The notes under the pieces are model-generated. The model saw nothing but the letters and a program-made list of their open reading frames with translations. It ran no database searches and was not told where the DNA came from. A program made the translations under genes and the position numbers. From an uncultured Clostridia bacterium (GTDB taxonomy: Bacteria; Bacillota; Clostridia; Christensenellales; UBA1242), in contig CAKNGB010000001.1 of assembly GCA_930971385.1 (NCBI GenBank), positions 348,468-412,467 of the forward strand: DNA of 64,000 nucleotides, given 5' to 3'. Below are positions 9,278-18,755 of this stretch, piece by piece; position 1 is the first letter of the stretch; each line of letters opens with the position of its first letter.

Positions 9278-9305
9278 GAGGGTGTTTAATAAACATCCTT
9301 TTTTC
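9278..9305 (+). terminator. Rho-independent terminator
   Basis: gagggtgttt / aaacatcctt stem with an aat loop and a T-run. Confidence 0.65.
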
Positions 9306-9312
9306 TCGCTCC

Positions 9313-9392
9313 GTGCAAGGAAACAAAAAATTTGACTTCGTAAATTTTTTTGGCACTTCGTGCCTCTTCGCTTTGCTCAAGTTTCCTTGCAC
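9313..9392. repeat. GC-rich inverted-repeat island enclosing a GGCAC-TTC-GTGCC hairpin
   Basis: 12-bp arms gtgcaaggaaac (9313-9324) and gtttccttgcac (9381-9392), with an inner hairpin at 9352-9364. Confidence 0.5.
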
Positions 9393-9535
9393 ATATTCCA
9401 CTAAAATGAGCAAAATGTAATTTTTAAAAAAAATAATAAATTTATTAAAATAATTTGACAAATTTTGACAAAATTAGTTAAACTATGAATATATGTGACT
9501 TGCAACTTCAAAATTTAATAATCAAGGAGTTAGTT

Positions 9536-12500
9536 ATGAGAAAATTTTTTCAAACAAAAAGAATGATGTCTTTTGTTTGTGTGTTATTCACGGCAATATT
9601 ATCTCTTTGCTCAATTAACATCATGAATTATCATGACCTTCTCACAACATCTTCTCAAGAGGAAGTTTATACCTCAAATGAAAATGACAACAACATGAAT
9701 AGTAATGAAGAAAATAATTCACAAAACGATAATAACGAAACAAATAAAAGTGGCAGTGACATAACTCCTCCACAAAATACCGACACCGCAACCGACACGA
9801 GTGAAGATGACTTTGACGATGTTGTAGGTGCAAGGGACACTTGGGATAACCATGCTTCAACCAGCTTAAGTGGAAGTGGAAAATCAAGCGATCCATATAA
9901 AATTGAAAATGCAGCCGATTTAGCTTATTTAGCAAGAGATGATGCGGATAAATCTGCATATTATGAATTAACCAACAACATAGATTTGTCGGGCTATGAT
10001 TGGATGCCAATTCAGGATTTTCAAGGTTATTTCGATGGAAACGGATATACAATCAGTAATATGACCATTAACACTACAAATTTGCGAATAGGGTTATTTG
10101 GTAGCTTAGATAATGATGGTGATATAGACAATTTTATTTTAACTGGCTCTATTAATTTTTCATTAAGTGGCACTGTCTCATCTTATAATAAGTATTTTAT
10201 TGGAGGTGTTGTAGGTCTTGTAGAAGGAACACCGTATCCATATGCAACAACAATTTCATCTGTGGCCAGTTTTGTTGATATAAGTTTTTCTTGTAATGCA
10301 ATAGCTAGCAGTATTGATGGTTTACCATATTTTTATATTGGTGGTATAGCTGGAGCAACAGATAGTGATGGCAAAGTCATTATTGATGAATGTGTTTTTG
10401 AAGGGGATATATGTATAAATCAGCATATGGCATCATTGGTGGATAGTAATCGTATATATTGTGGTGGAATTTTGGGTCGGGCTATAACTGAGACATATAT
10501 AAATTCCTGTATTAATTATGGTTCTATTAGATACTCGAATCAATATAGTGCTTACTACACAGGTGGTATTTTAGGTTATGCTGAAGTGCCAAGCACAAAG
10601 GATGAAGATAATGTTAGTGTTTATAGTTGTATAAACTATGGCCCAATAACGGTAAATAATAAGTCAGATGATTTTAGGGTTGGAGGAATAGTTGGTCAAA
10701 TGGGTGAAAAATCATTTTGGCTTAACAATCCAACCGGCAGTATTGAATATTGTATAAATTATGGTAATGTCACAACTTCTTTATATTGTAAATATTCTGG
10801 TCAAATTGCAGGTTATTTAGATTCCGAATTTTATGCTGTTGCTTGTAAATATCCAGCTAGAATGTTTGGAGAAAGAAACGACAGCACAGGCATGTGGATT
10901 TCAATGGCGTATTCTGATTTAGATGATGTAAAAGATTTTATGAATGATTATCGTGATAGTGCTTATAGCGATGATAATTGTTGGCTCACATTTACAGGTA
11001 TGGAATTTGCGTCTAATAATTCAATTACAAATGATTACATAACTGTAGGTGATTTTATTAGGGAGGTTGATATAAATGTTGCTGTTCGAAATGAAGACGG
11101 CAGGTTCACTAGGATTCCTAATAAGAAGTTAGGTTATGATATTGGATATAACACAGATATGAAAATATACAAAAGAAAGATATCCACTGAGACTGAATAT
11201 TTATCCAATATCCAAAATATGTTTAAAAGCACAAGCGAATACGAAATTATAAGTTCAATTTATAACAATAGTAATGGCAAATATGAATATATTGGGCTTT
11301 CCACAAGTTTAAATGAAGAAGATATTTTTACTGATGAAACTAGGTATAGTTCAAACACATATGATTTGCCTTACGATATTTATGTTTTATTTGACATAGC
11401 AGGAGAGGAAGAGCCAATTCCAGTGCCTGACCCAGAGCCTGACCCAGAGCCTGAGCCAGAGCCGGAATTACCTATTTATTTTAGGGTTTACTACACAGAG
11501 CGAATTGGTTTTAATGGAAATTTGCCAAGCGATTTGCATTTAGATCGCTATAGAACTGGCGGAAGTGTGGTAACAGAAATTGGTGGTGTTAAGCAAACAA
11601 GTAATAGCGGATATATTGGGTATAGCAAAGTTAAATATCAAGCATCAGTTGCTATAACTGCTATTCCTGAAGCAGAATTTGAACTTTGTGGAATTTACGC
11701 TGGTGATGTGGGAGAAAATCCTTATGAATGCATTAACCTTGCAGAATTTATGCTTAACGAAACCTACAAGATTAACATAAATTTTCCTGCAGATTTAAGT
11801 TTCAGTCAAGTTAAATATTCTTTTAATAATGAAATATATGATGATGAAGGTTATCTAGTCACAGAGTTTAGTATTGTTTTTTCAAAATATCAATATTCTG
11901 GAATTTCTTTCACTCAAACCTTTGAAACGGATAGGTTTGATGAACCATATGAGTATGAAGTGACTACCAATTTTATTTATGGTTATTTAAAAAGAACATT
12001 AAATCTTGATGGACTTAATGTGTTTGGTGATCGTGATAATTTAGAGCCAAGGTTTTATGTTGTTGATGAAGATGGTAGAGTTATCAGCCAAATAGCAGCA
12101 ATAGATTATCAACTAGATTTTCGCGATCGGGATTTAAACTTTAACTTTTTCGATGGTGACGGCTCGCATTATGTTGGGGAACTGTTAACGCCGACTTATG
12201 GGATAACCAATCCTACCAGTGCAAGCGAACTTGGTTTCTATTGGCTTTGGGGTGCAAATGACACGCAAGATGAAAATACGTTTTATTTTAGGCGCTACAC
12301 TGGCGACACTCAGTTTAGTAATAACAGAACGATAATTGAAGGGCGTGGGCTTACTGCTGTGCCTGCAAATAAGGCTAATAATTATCCTCCATTTTTTACC
12401 ATTAATTTATATAACTATTTTATAATTGGAAATGCTGTTGACAATCAAGGAAATATGAATCCAACAAGTGCATATTTAAGCGGACCAGGTTTTAACTATA

Positions 12501-14335
12501 TCGACTTCCGCGTGTTTAACGGCAACTTGGCATTCAAGGCGGGAAGTGTTAGTTTTAAGGAATATTCGGATCCGTCCCAGCAACAAAATTTCAACCTTTA
12601 TTTCTTGAATACTTATGAGGATACGGGTTCCAATGACCTTTTATTCGGAGATAATGGTGGAAAGTTTGAAGTTTCATCACTTGGCGGATTTGATGTGCAA
12701 AAAACATCATTTAAGGTTGAGGATGGGGTGGTCTATCCTGTGGACGCTGAGAATGGAGAAGAAGTTGAGGGGTATTCTGTTTTGAACATCGGCTTAAGGT
12801 TCACTTATCAATTTGTTTTCCGAAATAGTGATCCTTTTGAAAGTTATTATGACACCGAAGGCGATGATGTCATTCTCAACGAGGAAGACAAACAACTTAT
12901 TATGGAAACGCCAATAACTGAGCTATTTAGGTTCACAAAGTCGCCAAACTATCTATATTATGACTATTTTGGCGACAGAAACACTTTGATTTGGGACTTG
13001 CCAACTTATAGCTCAATTGATTTAAGCGATTTCACGATTTATGACCTTGCCTTGAAAATGCTTGAGGATGACGAAGAAAACGCGACATATCAAAACATGG
13101 AAAACGGCAACATTTTGCTTTATAACTATTTTGAAGTGAACAGGTTTAGAATTGTTGTTATGCTTGATGATGAGTATTCTTTTGATATTGATTCTGTCCT
13201 TTCTTTCTATGTTAACGATATGAAATATCCACAATCGAGCGCAGAACAATATGCAATTGGAAATATTAAGGCATACAGCAAAATTGAACTTGAAATTGAG
13301 GATAGTGTTATATATGACAGTCGCCTTGGAAGATACGCGGTTTATGCCTATAACAACATCACTTCGGGTGGCGTGCAAATGACAAATCAGGATAGTTGGC
13401 ATTTCCAGGTTATTCCAGAAATCAATTCGCAGAATTTGGTGTTCACTGTGAATCTTGACGAGGTTTTCTCAATGACTAGCTCAGATTTCTCCTCTTCCAG
13501 CATTCAACGAGTGGGGAATATGTGGTATATCGACGAGGCACGAGATTTCTATTATCTATATTATCTAAACGCCTTTGCTGGAGAAGATTTTGAGGGAATA
13601 AGACTTATTCAAACGGCAAACATAGATTTTGGTGGTGATTTGATTATGCCTCTTGGCACTTCTTCCACTCCATTTAGAGGGGTTTATGACGGGCAATATT
13701 ACACCATCCAAAATTTTGAAATTAATTTCGGTTCTGCGTCAAATGTTGGTTTCTTTGGATATGTGGATGGCGCTGAAATCAAGAATTTAACTTTGTTAGA
13801 CGGCACTGTTGAAGGTTTTGATAATGTTGGCGGAGTGGTTGGCTATGCAAACAACTCAACTTTAACAAGGCTTGGTAACTACAGCGTGAATGTTAGTGGC
13901 GGTGGCTCATACAGCATTAACAACAACATTTTCGTTATCACAACCACTGGGCAGTTCACACCACTCTCTTACGCAAACCTTGACACCTATGTTAATAAAG
14001 GTCTTTCGGAAGAACTATTGATGAGAAACAATAGTGGCTCCATTGATTTCACAACTTATCCAACCTCTTCTCAAACAAGTATGGGTGGCTTTGCTGGGTT
14101 TGTGAGCCTTTCAACTTTAAACACTTGCTTTAGCCGAGGTAATGTGAACGGTAGCGCAACGGAAAGAGGTGGTTTTGTTGGCAGGGCGAACTACAGCTCA
14201 ATAACTTATTGCTACACAACTTATTCGACGCCTTCGGGAATGTTATCAGGCACAACAACCTCGCATTATCACACCACAAACGGAAGAGATATCGACGATG
14301 TTTGCTCAACCTGTGCGGATAGATTTATATGGTAA
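9536..14335 (+). CDS. Giant secreted/surface protein with GLUG-motif repeats at both ends
   Basis: AAGGAG RBS and an N-terminal signal/anchor. Repeated G(G)xxG motifs include GLFGSL, GGVVGLVEG, GGIAGATD, GGILGRA, GGIVGQMG, VGFFGYVDG, GGVVGYANN and GGFAGFV. A PEPDPEPDPEPEPEPE linker is present. Confidence 0.75.
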   Translation: MRKFFQTKRMMSFVCVLFTAILSLCSINIMNYHDLLTTSSQEEVYTSNENDNNMNSNEENNSQNDNNETNKSGSDITPPQNTDTATDTSEDDFDDVVGARDTWDNHASTSLSGSGKSSDPYKIENAADLAYLARDDADKSAYYELTNNIDLSGYDWMPIQDFQGYFDGNGYTISNMTINTTNLRIGLFGSLDNDGDIDNFILTGSINFSLSGTVSSYNKYFIGGVVGLVEGTPYPYATTISSVASFVDISFSCNAIASSIDGLPYFYIGGIAGATDSDGKVIIDECVFEGDICINQHMASLVDSNRIYCGGILGRAITETYINSCINYGSIRYSNQYSAYYTGGILGYAEVPSTKDEDNVSVYSCINYGPITVNNKSDDFRVGGIVGQMGEKSFWLNNPTGSIEYCINYGNVTTSLYCKYSGQIAGYLDSEFYAVACKYPARMFGERNDSTGMWISMAYSDLDDVKDFMNDYRDSAYSDDNCWLTFTGMEFASNNSITNDYITVGDFIREVDINVAVRNEDGRFTRIPNKKLGYDIGYNTDMKIYKRKISTETEYLSNIQNMFKSTSEYEIISSIYNNSNGKYEYIGLSTSLNEEDIFTDETRYSSNTYDLPYDIYVLFDIAGEEEPIPVPDPEPDPEPEPEPELPIYFRVYYTERIGFNGNLPSDLHLDRYRTGGSVVTEIGGVKQTSNSGYIGYSKVKYQASVAITAIPEAEFELCGIYAGDVGENPYECINLAEFMLNETYKININFPADLSFSQVKYSFNNEIYDDEGYLVTEFSIVFSKYQYSGISFTQTFETDRFDEPYEYEVTTNFIYGYLKRTLNLDGLNVFGDRDNLEPRFYVVDEDGRVISQIAAIDYQLDFRDRDLNFNFFDGDGSHYVGELLTPTYGITNPTSASELGFYWLWGANDTQDENTFYFRRYTGDTQFSNNRTIIEGRGLTAVPANKANNYPPFFTINLYNYFIIGNAVDNQGNMNPTSAYLSGPGFNYIDFRVFNGNLAFKAGSVSFKEYSDPSQQQNFNLYFLNTYEDTGSNDLLFGDNGGKFEVSSLGGFDVQKTSFKVEDGVVYPVDAENGEEVEGYSVLNIGLRFTYQFVFRNSDPFESYYDTEGDDVILNEEDKQLIMETPITELFRFTKSPNYLYYDYFGDRNTLIWDLPTYSSIDLSDFTIYDLALKMLEDDEENATYQNMENGNILLYNYFEVNRFRIVVMLDDEYSFDIDSVLSFYVNDMKYPQSSAEQYAIGNIKAYSKIELEIEDSVIYDSRLGRYAVYAYNNITSGGVQMTNQDSWHFQVIPEINSQNLVFTVNLDEVFSMTSSDFSSSSIQRVGNMWYIDEARDFYYLYYLNAFAGEDFEGIRLIQTANIDFGGDLIMPLGTSSTPFRGVYDGQYYTIQNFEINFGSASNVGFFGYVDGAEIKNLTLLDGTVEGFDNVGGVVGYANNSTLTRLGNYSVNVSGGGSYSINNNIFVITTTGQFTPLSYANLDTYVNKGLSEELLMRNNSGSIDFTTYPTSSQTSMGGFAGFVSLSTLNTCFSRGNVNGSATERGGFVGRANYSSITYCYTTYSTPSGMLSGTTTSHYHTTNGRDIDDVCSTCADRFIW
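11426..11461 (+). repeat. Three tandem 12-bp units encoding the (PD/PE)PEP linker
   Basis: cctgacccagag x2, then cctgagccagag. Confidence 0.8.
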
Positions 14336-14361
14336 AAATAGGCAAGTTTATTTGATAAAAA

Positions 14362-14388
14362 GGGTGTATGGAAACATACATCTTTTTT
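14362..14388 (+). terminator. Rho-independent terminator of the GLUG gene
   Basis: ggtgtatg gaaa catacatc followed by tttttt. Confidence 0.65.
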
Positions 14389-14456
14389 GTAATTATTCTA
14401 AAATTTAGTAAATAGCAAATAAAAAGTGATTATTTCAAAAAATATGTCGATTTTAT

Positions 14457-14485
14457 TTGCTAAATTATGTGAAAATATTTATAAT
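14457..14485 (+). promoter_or_regulatory. SigA-type promoter placed for a leaderless transcript
   Basis: TTGCTA, 17 bp spacer, TATAAT, then 6 nt to the ATG at 14492. No SD is present. Confidence 0.45.
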
Positions 14486-14491
14486 AACAAT

Positions 14492-16456
14492 ATGAAAAGA
14501 TTATTTTTATTAATTTTATCCTTTATGTTTTTAGGTGGGGCGGTTTCATCCTCTGCCTTTTATATTAACAGCAGTTTAAATATAGCCGATACCCAAACCA
14601 AGCGGGGGGGGGATTCGCAAAGCGACATTTTAGAAAATGACGAACAAACAAGTGAGAAAAATCAAATAGATAATAATGAAACACATGCAAATGCTGATCG
14701 TGTATATTTTTACCTTTATACTTATGATGAATATGCTCCTGGATTGACTATTGAGATAAGTTATCATAATGCTTATTTAGATAAAGATATAACTTCTGAA
14801 TTTGAAGATGAGGCAGGTGGGTTTAATACAAATATTGGAAGGATGGTCACAGTTCGGGTAGTATCACTCGATGAGGGTTATATTTTTGATGGATGGTATG
14901 ATGGTTATTATGATGATAATCCAACATTTATTACTGATGATTACACTTATACATTTCAAATAATTGAAGATGGTATGCAAATTTGCACAAAAACACACTT
15001 CAATGGTGTTTTTATAAATTATTATTCAAATGACGGCAATAATGATGTTTATACTCAAACTAAAGAATATGGCTTAACTGTAAGTATTTACAGTCCAAGT
15101 TCTATTGGCTTTAGTAGCGAAAATTTCATATGCTGGAATACATCTTCTAATGGCAGTGGGAGAAATTATTATCCAGGAGATAGATATAGTAGCGATTCTG
15201 ATTTGACACTTTATGCTCAGTGGGTTGAAAATTTAACAATCTCTTTTAATGCAAATGGCGGGCAGGGAAATATGGCAAGTTTGGAAGTGGAGCCTAATGC
15301 AAGTGTTGTGTTGACGGCAAATGCTTTCATAAGAACTGGCTATGAGTTTGCTGGCTGGGCGCTTAGTTCAACTGGTGCAGTGGTGTATTCTGACGGACAG
15401 ACTATCACTCCAACTGTAAGCATGACGCTTTATGCTGTTTGGCGTGTGCAGGTTTACACAATCACACTTGATTGGCAAGGTGGAAGTGGCGGAAGAAGTG
15501 TGATATATTTTCAGTTTGGCGGAAGCTATGCATATACTGATGAGAGTTGTTCCACAGGGCTTATGGGAAGTGCGCTTTTGAATAATGCCGAACGTGCAGG
15601 TTTTTCCTTTGTTAGTTTCACAACAAATGCAGACGGCTCTGGCACAGTGATGTATCAAGATTACGAATATTTGAATTTAAACACTATTGTTGCAGATGAT
15701 ATATGGTATGCACAGTGGCAAGTGAACAACGAGGCGAATTATGATAGCGTGGGCGGATATTGGTATGTGGAAAATGGAAAAATACCACAAACAAAAGTGA
15801 CCGACAGCACACTTATTAACGCTTTAAATTCAGCGACAACCACTGGTTCAAATTATTATATTGCAGGTTTAACCTTGCAAGCGAGAGTGTATAACGGCAC
15901 GGAGTATTGCCAGTGGAATGGAAGTTGGTATGAAGTTGAGCCGATTAGGTGGAGATTAACAAAGGATAGCAATCAAACAAATGGTTATGGAACAACAACT
16001 GATATTAATGCGGTTTTGGCTGAGATTGTGTTTGTTGGGCAATATTCAAGCACTTATCTAGGCTCAGGAGCAGGATATTCAACCACAGCGGTGGAGGAAT
16101 TTAAGAAGAACGGAATTGATGAAACCTATCTTGTGGACTATCAAAACGAGGCATATAACTTTGGCAATGGCACAACGATGTATAACCTATATAAAGATTA
16201 CACAAATATGTTTGTGGCAAACGAAAGTGAGATAAATTCAGTTTCCACTACAACAGCAATAGAATTTTCCGATTTGGCAAAGGATATCATAAAGTCCTAC
16301 GGCGGAACAAATGTTTACTTTACACGCGACCTTGGTTCAAACTATAACAATATCGTTTGCTTTAACGAGGTTGGACGCGAAGTGCAACGCTTTGCCACAG
16401 ATTACCGCGGTGTGCAATTCACCGTTCGCTTCACAGAATATGGCTGTGTGAATTAA
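14492..16456 (+). CDS. Secreted protein with Listeria-Bacteroides (InlB B-type) repeats
   Basis: Signal peptide MKRLFLLILSFMFLGGAVSSSA. Repeats include GYIFDGWYD, FICWNTSSNGSG...LTLYAQW, GYEFAGWALSSTG...MTLYAVW and GFSFVSFTTNADGSG. Confidence 0.7.
   Translation: MKRLFLLILSFMFLGGAVSSSAFYINSSLNIADTQTKRGGDSQSDILENDEQTSEKNQIDNNETHANADRVYFYLYTYDEYAPGLTIEISYHNAYLDKDITSEFEDEAGGFNTNIGRMVTVRVVSLDEGYIFDGWYDGYYDDNPTFITDDYTYTFQIIEDGMQICTKTHFNGVFINYYSNDGNNDVYTQTKEYGLTVSIYSPSSIGFSSENFICWNTSSNGSGRNYYPGDRYSSDSDLTLYAQWVENLTISFNANGGQGNMASLEVEPNASVVLTANAFIRTGYEFAGWALSSTGAVVYSDGQTITPTVSMTLYAVWRVQVYTITLDWQGGSGGRSVIYFQFGGSYAYTDESCSTGLMGSALLNNAERAGFSFVSFTTNADGSGTVMYQDYEYLNLNTIVADDIWYAQWQVNNEANYDSVGGYWYVENGKIPQTKVTDSTLINALNSATTTGSNYYIAGLTLQARVYNGTEYCQWNGSWYEVEPIRWRLTKDSNQTNGYGTTTDINAVLAEIVFVGQYSSTYLGSGAGYSTTAVEEFKKNGIDETYLVDYQNEAYNFGNGTTMYNLYKDYTNMFVANESEINSVSTTTAIEFSDLAKDIIKSYGGTNVYFTRDLGSNYNNIVCFNEVGREVQRFATDYRGVQFTVRFTEYGCVN
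14604..14612 (+). repeat. G9 homopolymer inside the CDS (codons R-G-G)
   Basis: Nine consecutive G counted in agcgggggggggatt, within an AT-rich genome. Confidence 0.9.
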
Positions 16457-16503
16457 GAGTAAAATTAATTATCAATTTAAAATTCAAATGAATGATTTTT
16501 TAT

Positions 16504-16529
16504 AAAGAGGATAAATTTGTCCTCTTTTT
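16504..16529. terminator. Bidirectional terminator between convergent genes
   Basis: aagagga taaatttg tcctctt flanked by A and T runs. Confidence 0.7.
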
Positions 16530-16536
16530 ATTAAGT

Positions 16537-17403
16537 CTATATTTCGATTAGATCCAAAAATTCTTGTGGGAAGTCTATGTCAAAACAATATTGTTTTCTG
16601 GTTAATTCATTTTCAAAACTTAGCCTTTTTAAATGTAGGAAAGTGTGTGAAAATTCGTCCTCGTTTCCATAGATTTTGTCGCCAATAAGAGGATAACCAA
16701 TGTGTGACGAGTGCAGGCGAATTTGATGTGTTCTTCCTTTTTCAATTTCCGCCTTGACAAGCGTTTTGTCTTTTAGTGTTTTGATTGGTGTTAATGTGGT
16801 TTTGGCACTTTGACCTTTTTCATCACATACGCGTTTCATGATGTTTATACCATTTTCCTGCAAAGTTAATATCGGTTTTTCAATGATTTCCTCTTTCTCT
16901 AAAATGCCATGACAGATTGCGTAGTATTCCTTTTTAATGTTCACAGTTTTTTGATATGCAATGGCGTCTTTTGCAACAAGAATTAAACCAGAGGCGTCTT
17001 TGTCGAGTCTGTTCATAATGCGCAGAGTGAAATTATCATCCTTCTTTTTAATATATGCACAAATCATGCCTGACAAATTGTCGCTGTAATGTGAGCGGGT
17101 GGGGGTTGTGGCAAGAAGTGAAGGTTTATTTATCACAAGATAGTCTTCATCCTCATAAACGATGTTTAAGGGCTTTTCAATTAACTCGATTTCGGTGGCT
17201 TTATATGGATTTTTCGCAATCTCTAAAACATCGCCATTTTTTAAAACTGTTTTCACATTCGTGGCTTTTCCGTTTATGAGGATGTTGTTAAGGTTATTTC
17301 GTAGTGCCGAAATATAGTGTTCAGAAAATTTGTTTTCTTTTAAAAATTTATAGATGTTTTTCTTTTGCGTTATGCCGTCAATTTCAATTTTCAAATATTT
17401 CAT
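16537..17403 (-). CDS. RluA-family 23S rRNA pseudouridine synthase (RluD-like, with S4 domain)
   Basis: RLDKDASGLILVAKD and GRTHQIRLH motifs. I chose the start at ATG 17403 because a longer ORF would run through the pheS promoter. Confidence 0.8.
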   Translation of the reverse strand: MKYLKIEIDGITQKKNIYKFLKENKFSEHYISALRNNLNNILINGKATNVKTVLKNGDVLEIAKNPYKATEIELIEKPLNIVYEDEDYLVINKPSLLATTPTRSHYSDNLSGMICAYIKKKDDNFTLRIMNRLDKDASGLILVAKDAIAYQKTVNIKKEYYAICHGILEKEEIIEKPILTLQENGINIMKRVCDEKGQSAKTTLTPIKTLKDKTLVKAEIEKGRTHQIRLHSSHIGYPLIGDKIYGNEDEFSHTFLHLKRLSFENELTRKQYCFDIDFPQEFLDLIEI

Positions 17404-17409
17404 CTCTAT

Positions 17410-17438
17410 ATTATGCCATAATTCGCACAAAAAGTGAA
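17410..17438 (-). promoter_or_regulatory. Promoter placed for a leaderless transcript of the rlu gene
   Basis: The minus strand reads TTCACT, 17 bp spacer, (TGg)CATAAT, then 6 nt to the ATG. Confidence 0.4.
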
Positions 17439-17455
17439 GAAATTTTTTATTTTGC

Positions 17456-17484
17456 TTGACAATTTTTCTTAAAAAGTTTATACT
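17456..17484 (+). promoter_or_regulatory. SigA-type promoter of the pheST leader
   Basis: TTGACA, 17 bp spacer, TATACT. Confidence 0.7.
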
Positions 17485-17490
17485 AACCAT

Positions 17491-17722
17491 GAAAAACGAT
17501 GATGAAAGACCAGTATCTGCATTAAGATTTCTTACAGAGAGCCTTGTTTGCTGGAAAAAGGCAGAAATTTTGCAGTGAATTCACTTTCTAGTTGCACCTT
17601 GAAGGATGTTTCTGTGTAGGGGTTGTCGCGTGGCAGGCGTAATTGCTTTAATGAGGCGTTTTAACGCGAAGTTAGGTGGTATCACGATTTTTGTCGTCCT
17701 AATAATTGGGGCGACTTTTTTT
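17491..17722 (+). promoter_or_regulatory. T-box leader (Phe specifier) with terminator
   Basis: The candidate TTC specifier in gtgaattcac is at 17580-17582, and the T-box aagttaggtggtatcacg at 17669-17686. The terminator gtcgtcc...gggcgac plus T7 lies at 17693-17722. Confidence 0.85.
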
Positions 17723-17735
17723 AAAGGAGAAAGTT

Positions 17736-18755
17736 ATGAACGAAAAATTAGACGCAATTTTAAAAAACGGCTTAGAGGAAATTGAAAAATGCACCGACTT
17801 AAAAGCTTTGGACGAAGTTAGAGTGAGATTTCTTGGTAAGCAGGGCGAACTTACTGCTATTCTTAGAAACATGAAAGAAATTCCTCCTGAGGAAAGAAAG
17901 AATGTTGGAATGAAGGCGAACACTATCCGTGAAAAATTGGAAAATGCGCTTAGCGAAAAGACAAATAAAATGGAAGAGGAAAAACTTCTTGCAGACATGG
18001 CAAAAGAAAAAATTGACATCACCATGCCAAGTAAAGGCGTGAAAAAAGGCGCTCTTCATCCTCTCACAAGGTTCAACAATAAGTTTATGGATATTTGTGT
18101 GGAAATGGGCTTCACGGTTATTCAAGGCCCTGAAATCGACACAGATTACTATAACTTTGAGGCTTTAAATGTGCCAAAGAACCATCCAGCAAGAGATATG
18201 CAAGACTCGCTCTACATCACCGACAACATTTTGATGAGAACGCAAACTTCCAATATGCAAGTGCATGCCATGGAAACTATTAAACCACCTTTTAAAATTG
18301 TTTGCCCAGGAAGAGTTTATAGAAATGATGACGACAGTTCTCACTCTCCAATTTTCAATCAATTTGAAGCGCTTGTTGTGGATGAAAATATCGGGCTTAA
18401 AGACCTAATGAAAATGATTGACACAATTTTGAAAAGACTTTTTGGTGAAGATGTTAAGATGCGTGTGCGTCCTTCCTATTTCCCATTCACAGAGCCTTCC
18501 ATTGAGATTGACGCGACTTGCCAAATTTGTAAAGGTAAGGGTTGCTCGCTTTGCAAAGGTTCAGGCTTTTCAGAAGTGTTTGGTGCGGGCGTTGTGAACC
18601 CTAAGGTTTTGGAGATGTCTGGAATTGACAGCAAGAAATATAGCGGGTTTGCGTTTGGACCTGGAATTGACAGAAGTGTGATGATAACAAACCGCATACC
18701 AAACATTAAATACCTATTTAGAAACGATATTAGATTTTTAAAGCAAATGCGATAG
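17736..18755 (+). CDS. pheS: Phenylalanine--tRNA ligase alpha subunit
   Basis: Class II motifs, an AAAGGAG RBS, a T-box upstream and pheT downstream. Confidence 0.95.
   Translation: MNEKLDAILKNGLEEIEKCTDLKALDEVRVRFLGKQGELTAILRNMKEIPPEERKNVGMKANTIREKLENALSEKTNKMEEEKLLADMAKEKIDITMPSKGVKKGALHPLTRFNNKFMDICVEMGFTVIQGPEIDTDYYNFEALNVPKNHPARDMQDSLYITDNILMRTQTSNMQVHAMETIKPPFKIVCPGRVYRNDDDSSHSPIFNQFEALVVDENIGLKDLMKMIDTILKRLFGEDVKMRVRPSYFPFTEPSIEIDATCQICKGKGCSLCKGSGFSEVFGAGVVNPKVLEMSGIDSKKYSGFAFGPGIDRSVMITNRIPNIKYLFRNDIRFLKQMR

Noticed and set aside
9126-9461. ORF-track entries 9126-9461 (-) and 9132-9335 (+)
   Set aside because: Both overlap the better-supported 47-aa ORF and its terminator in other frames or on the other strand, lack an RBS, and run through the inverted-repeat island.
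16537-17490. Longer N-terminal extensions offered by the ORF track (17490 for rlu, 9485 for GLUG, 14426 for the LBR protein, 5521 for the lipoprotein, 33683 for comM, 41343 for tcdA, 60245 for spoIVB)
   Set aside because: In each case an internal ATG has a proper RBS or a correctly spaced -10 box, begins a signal peptide or a conserved N-terminus, or the extension overlaps an upstream gene or promoter.
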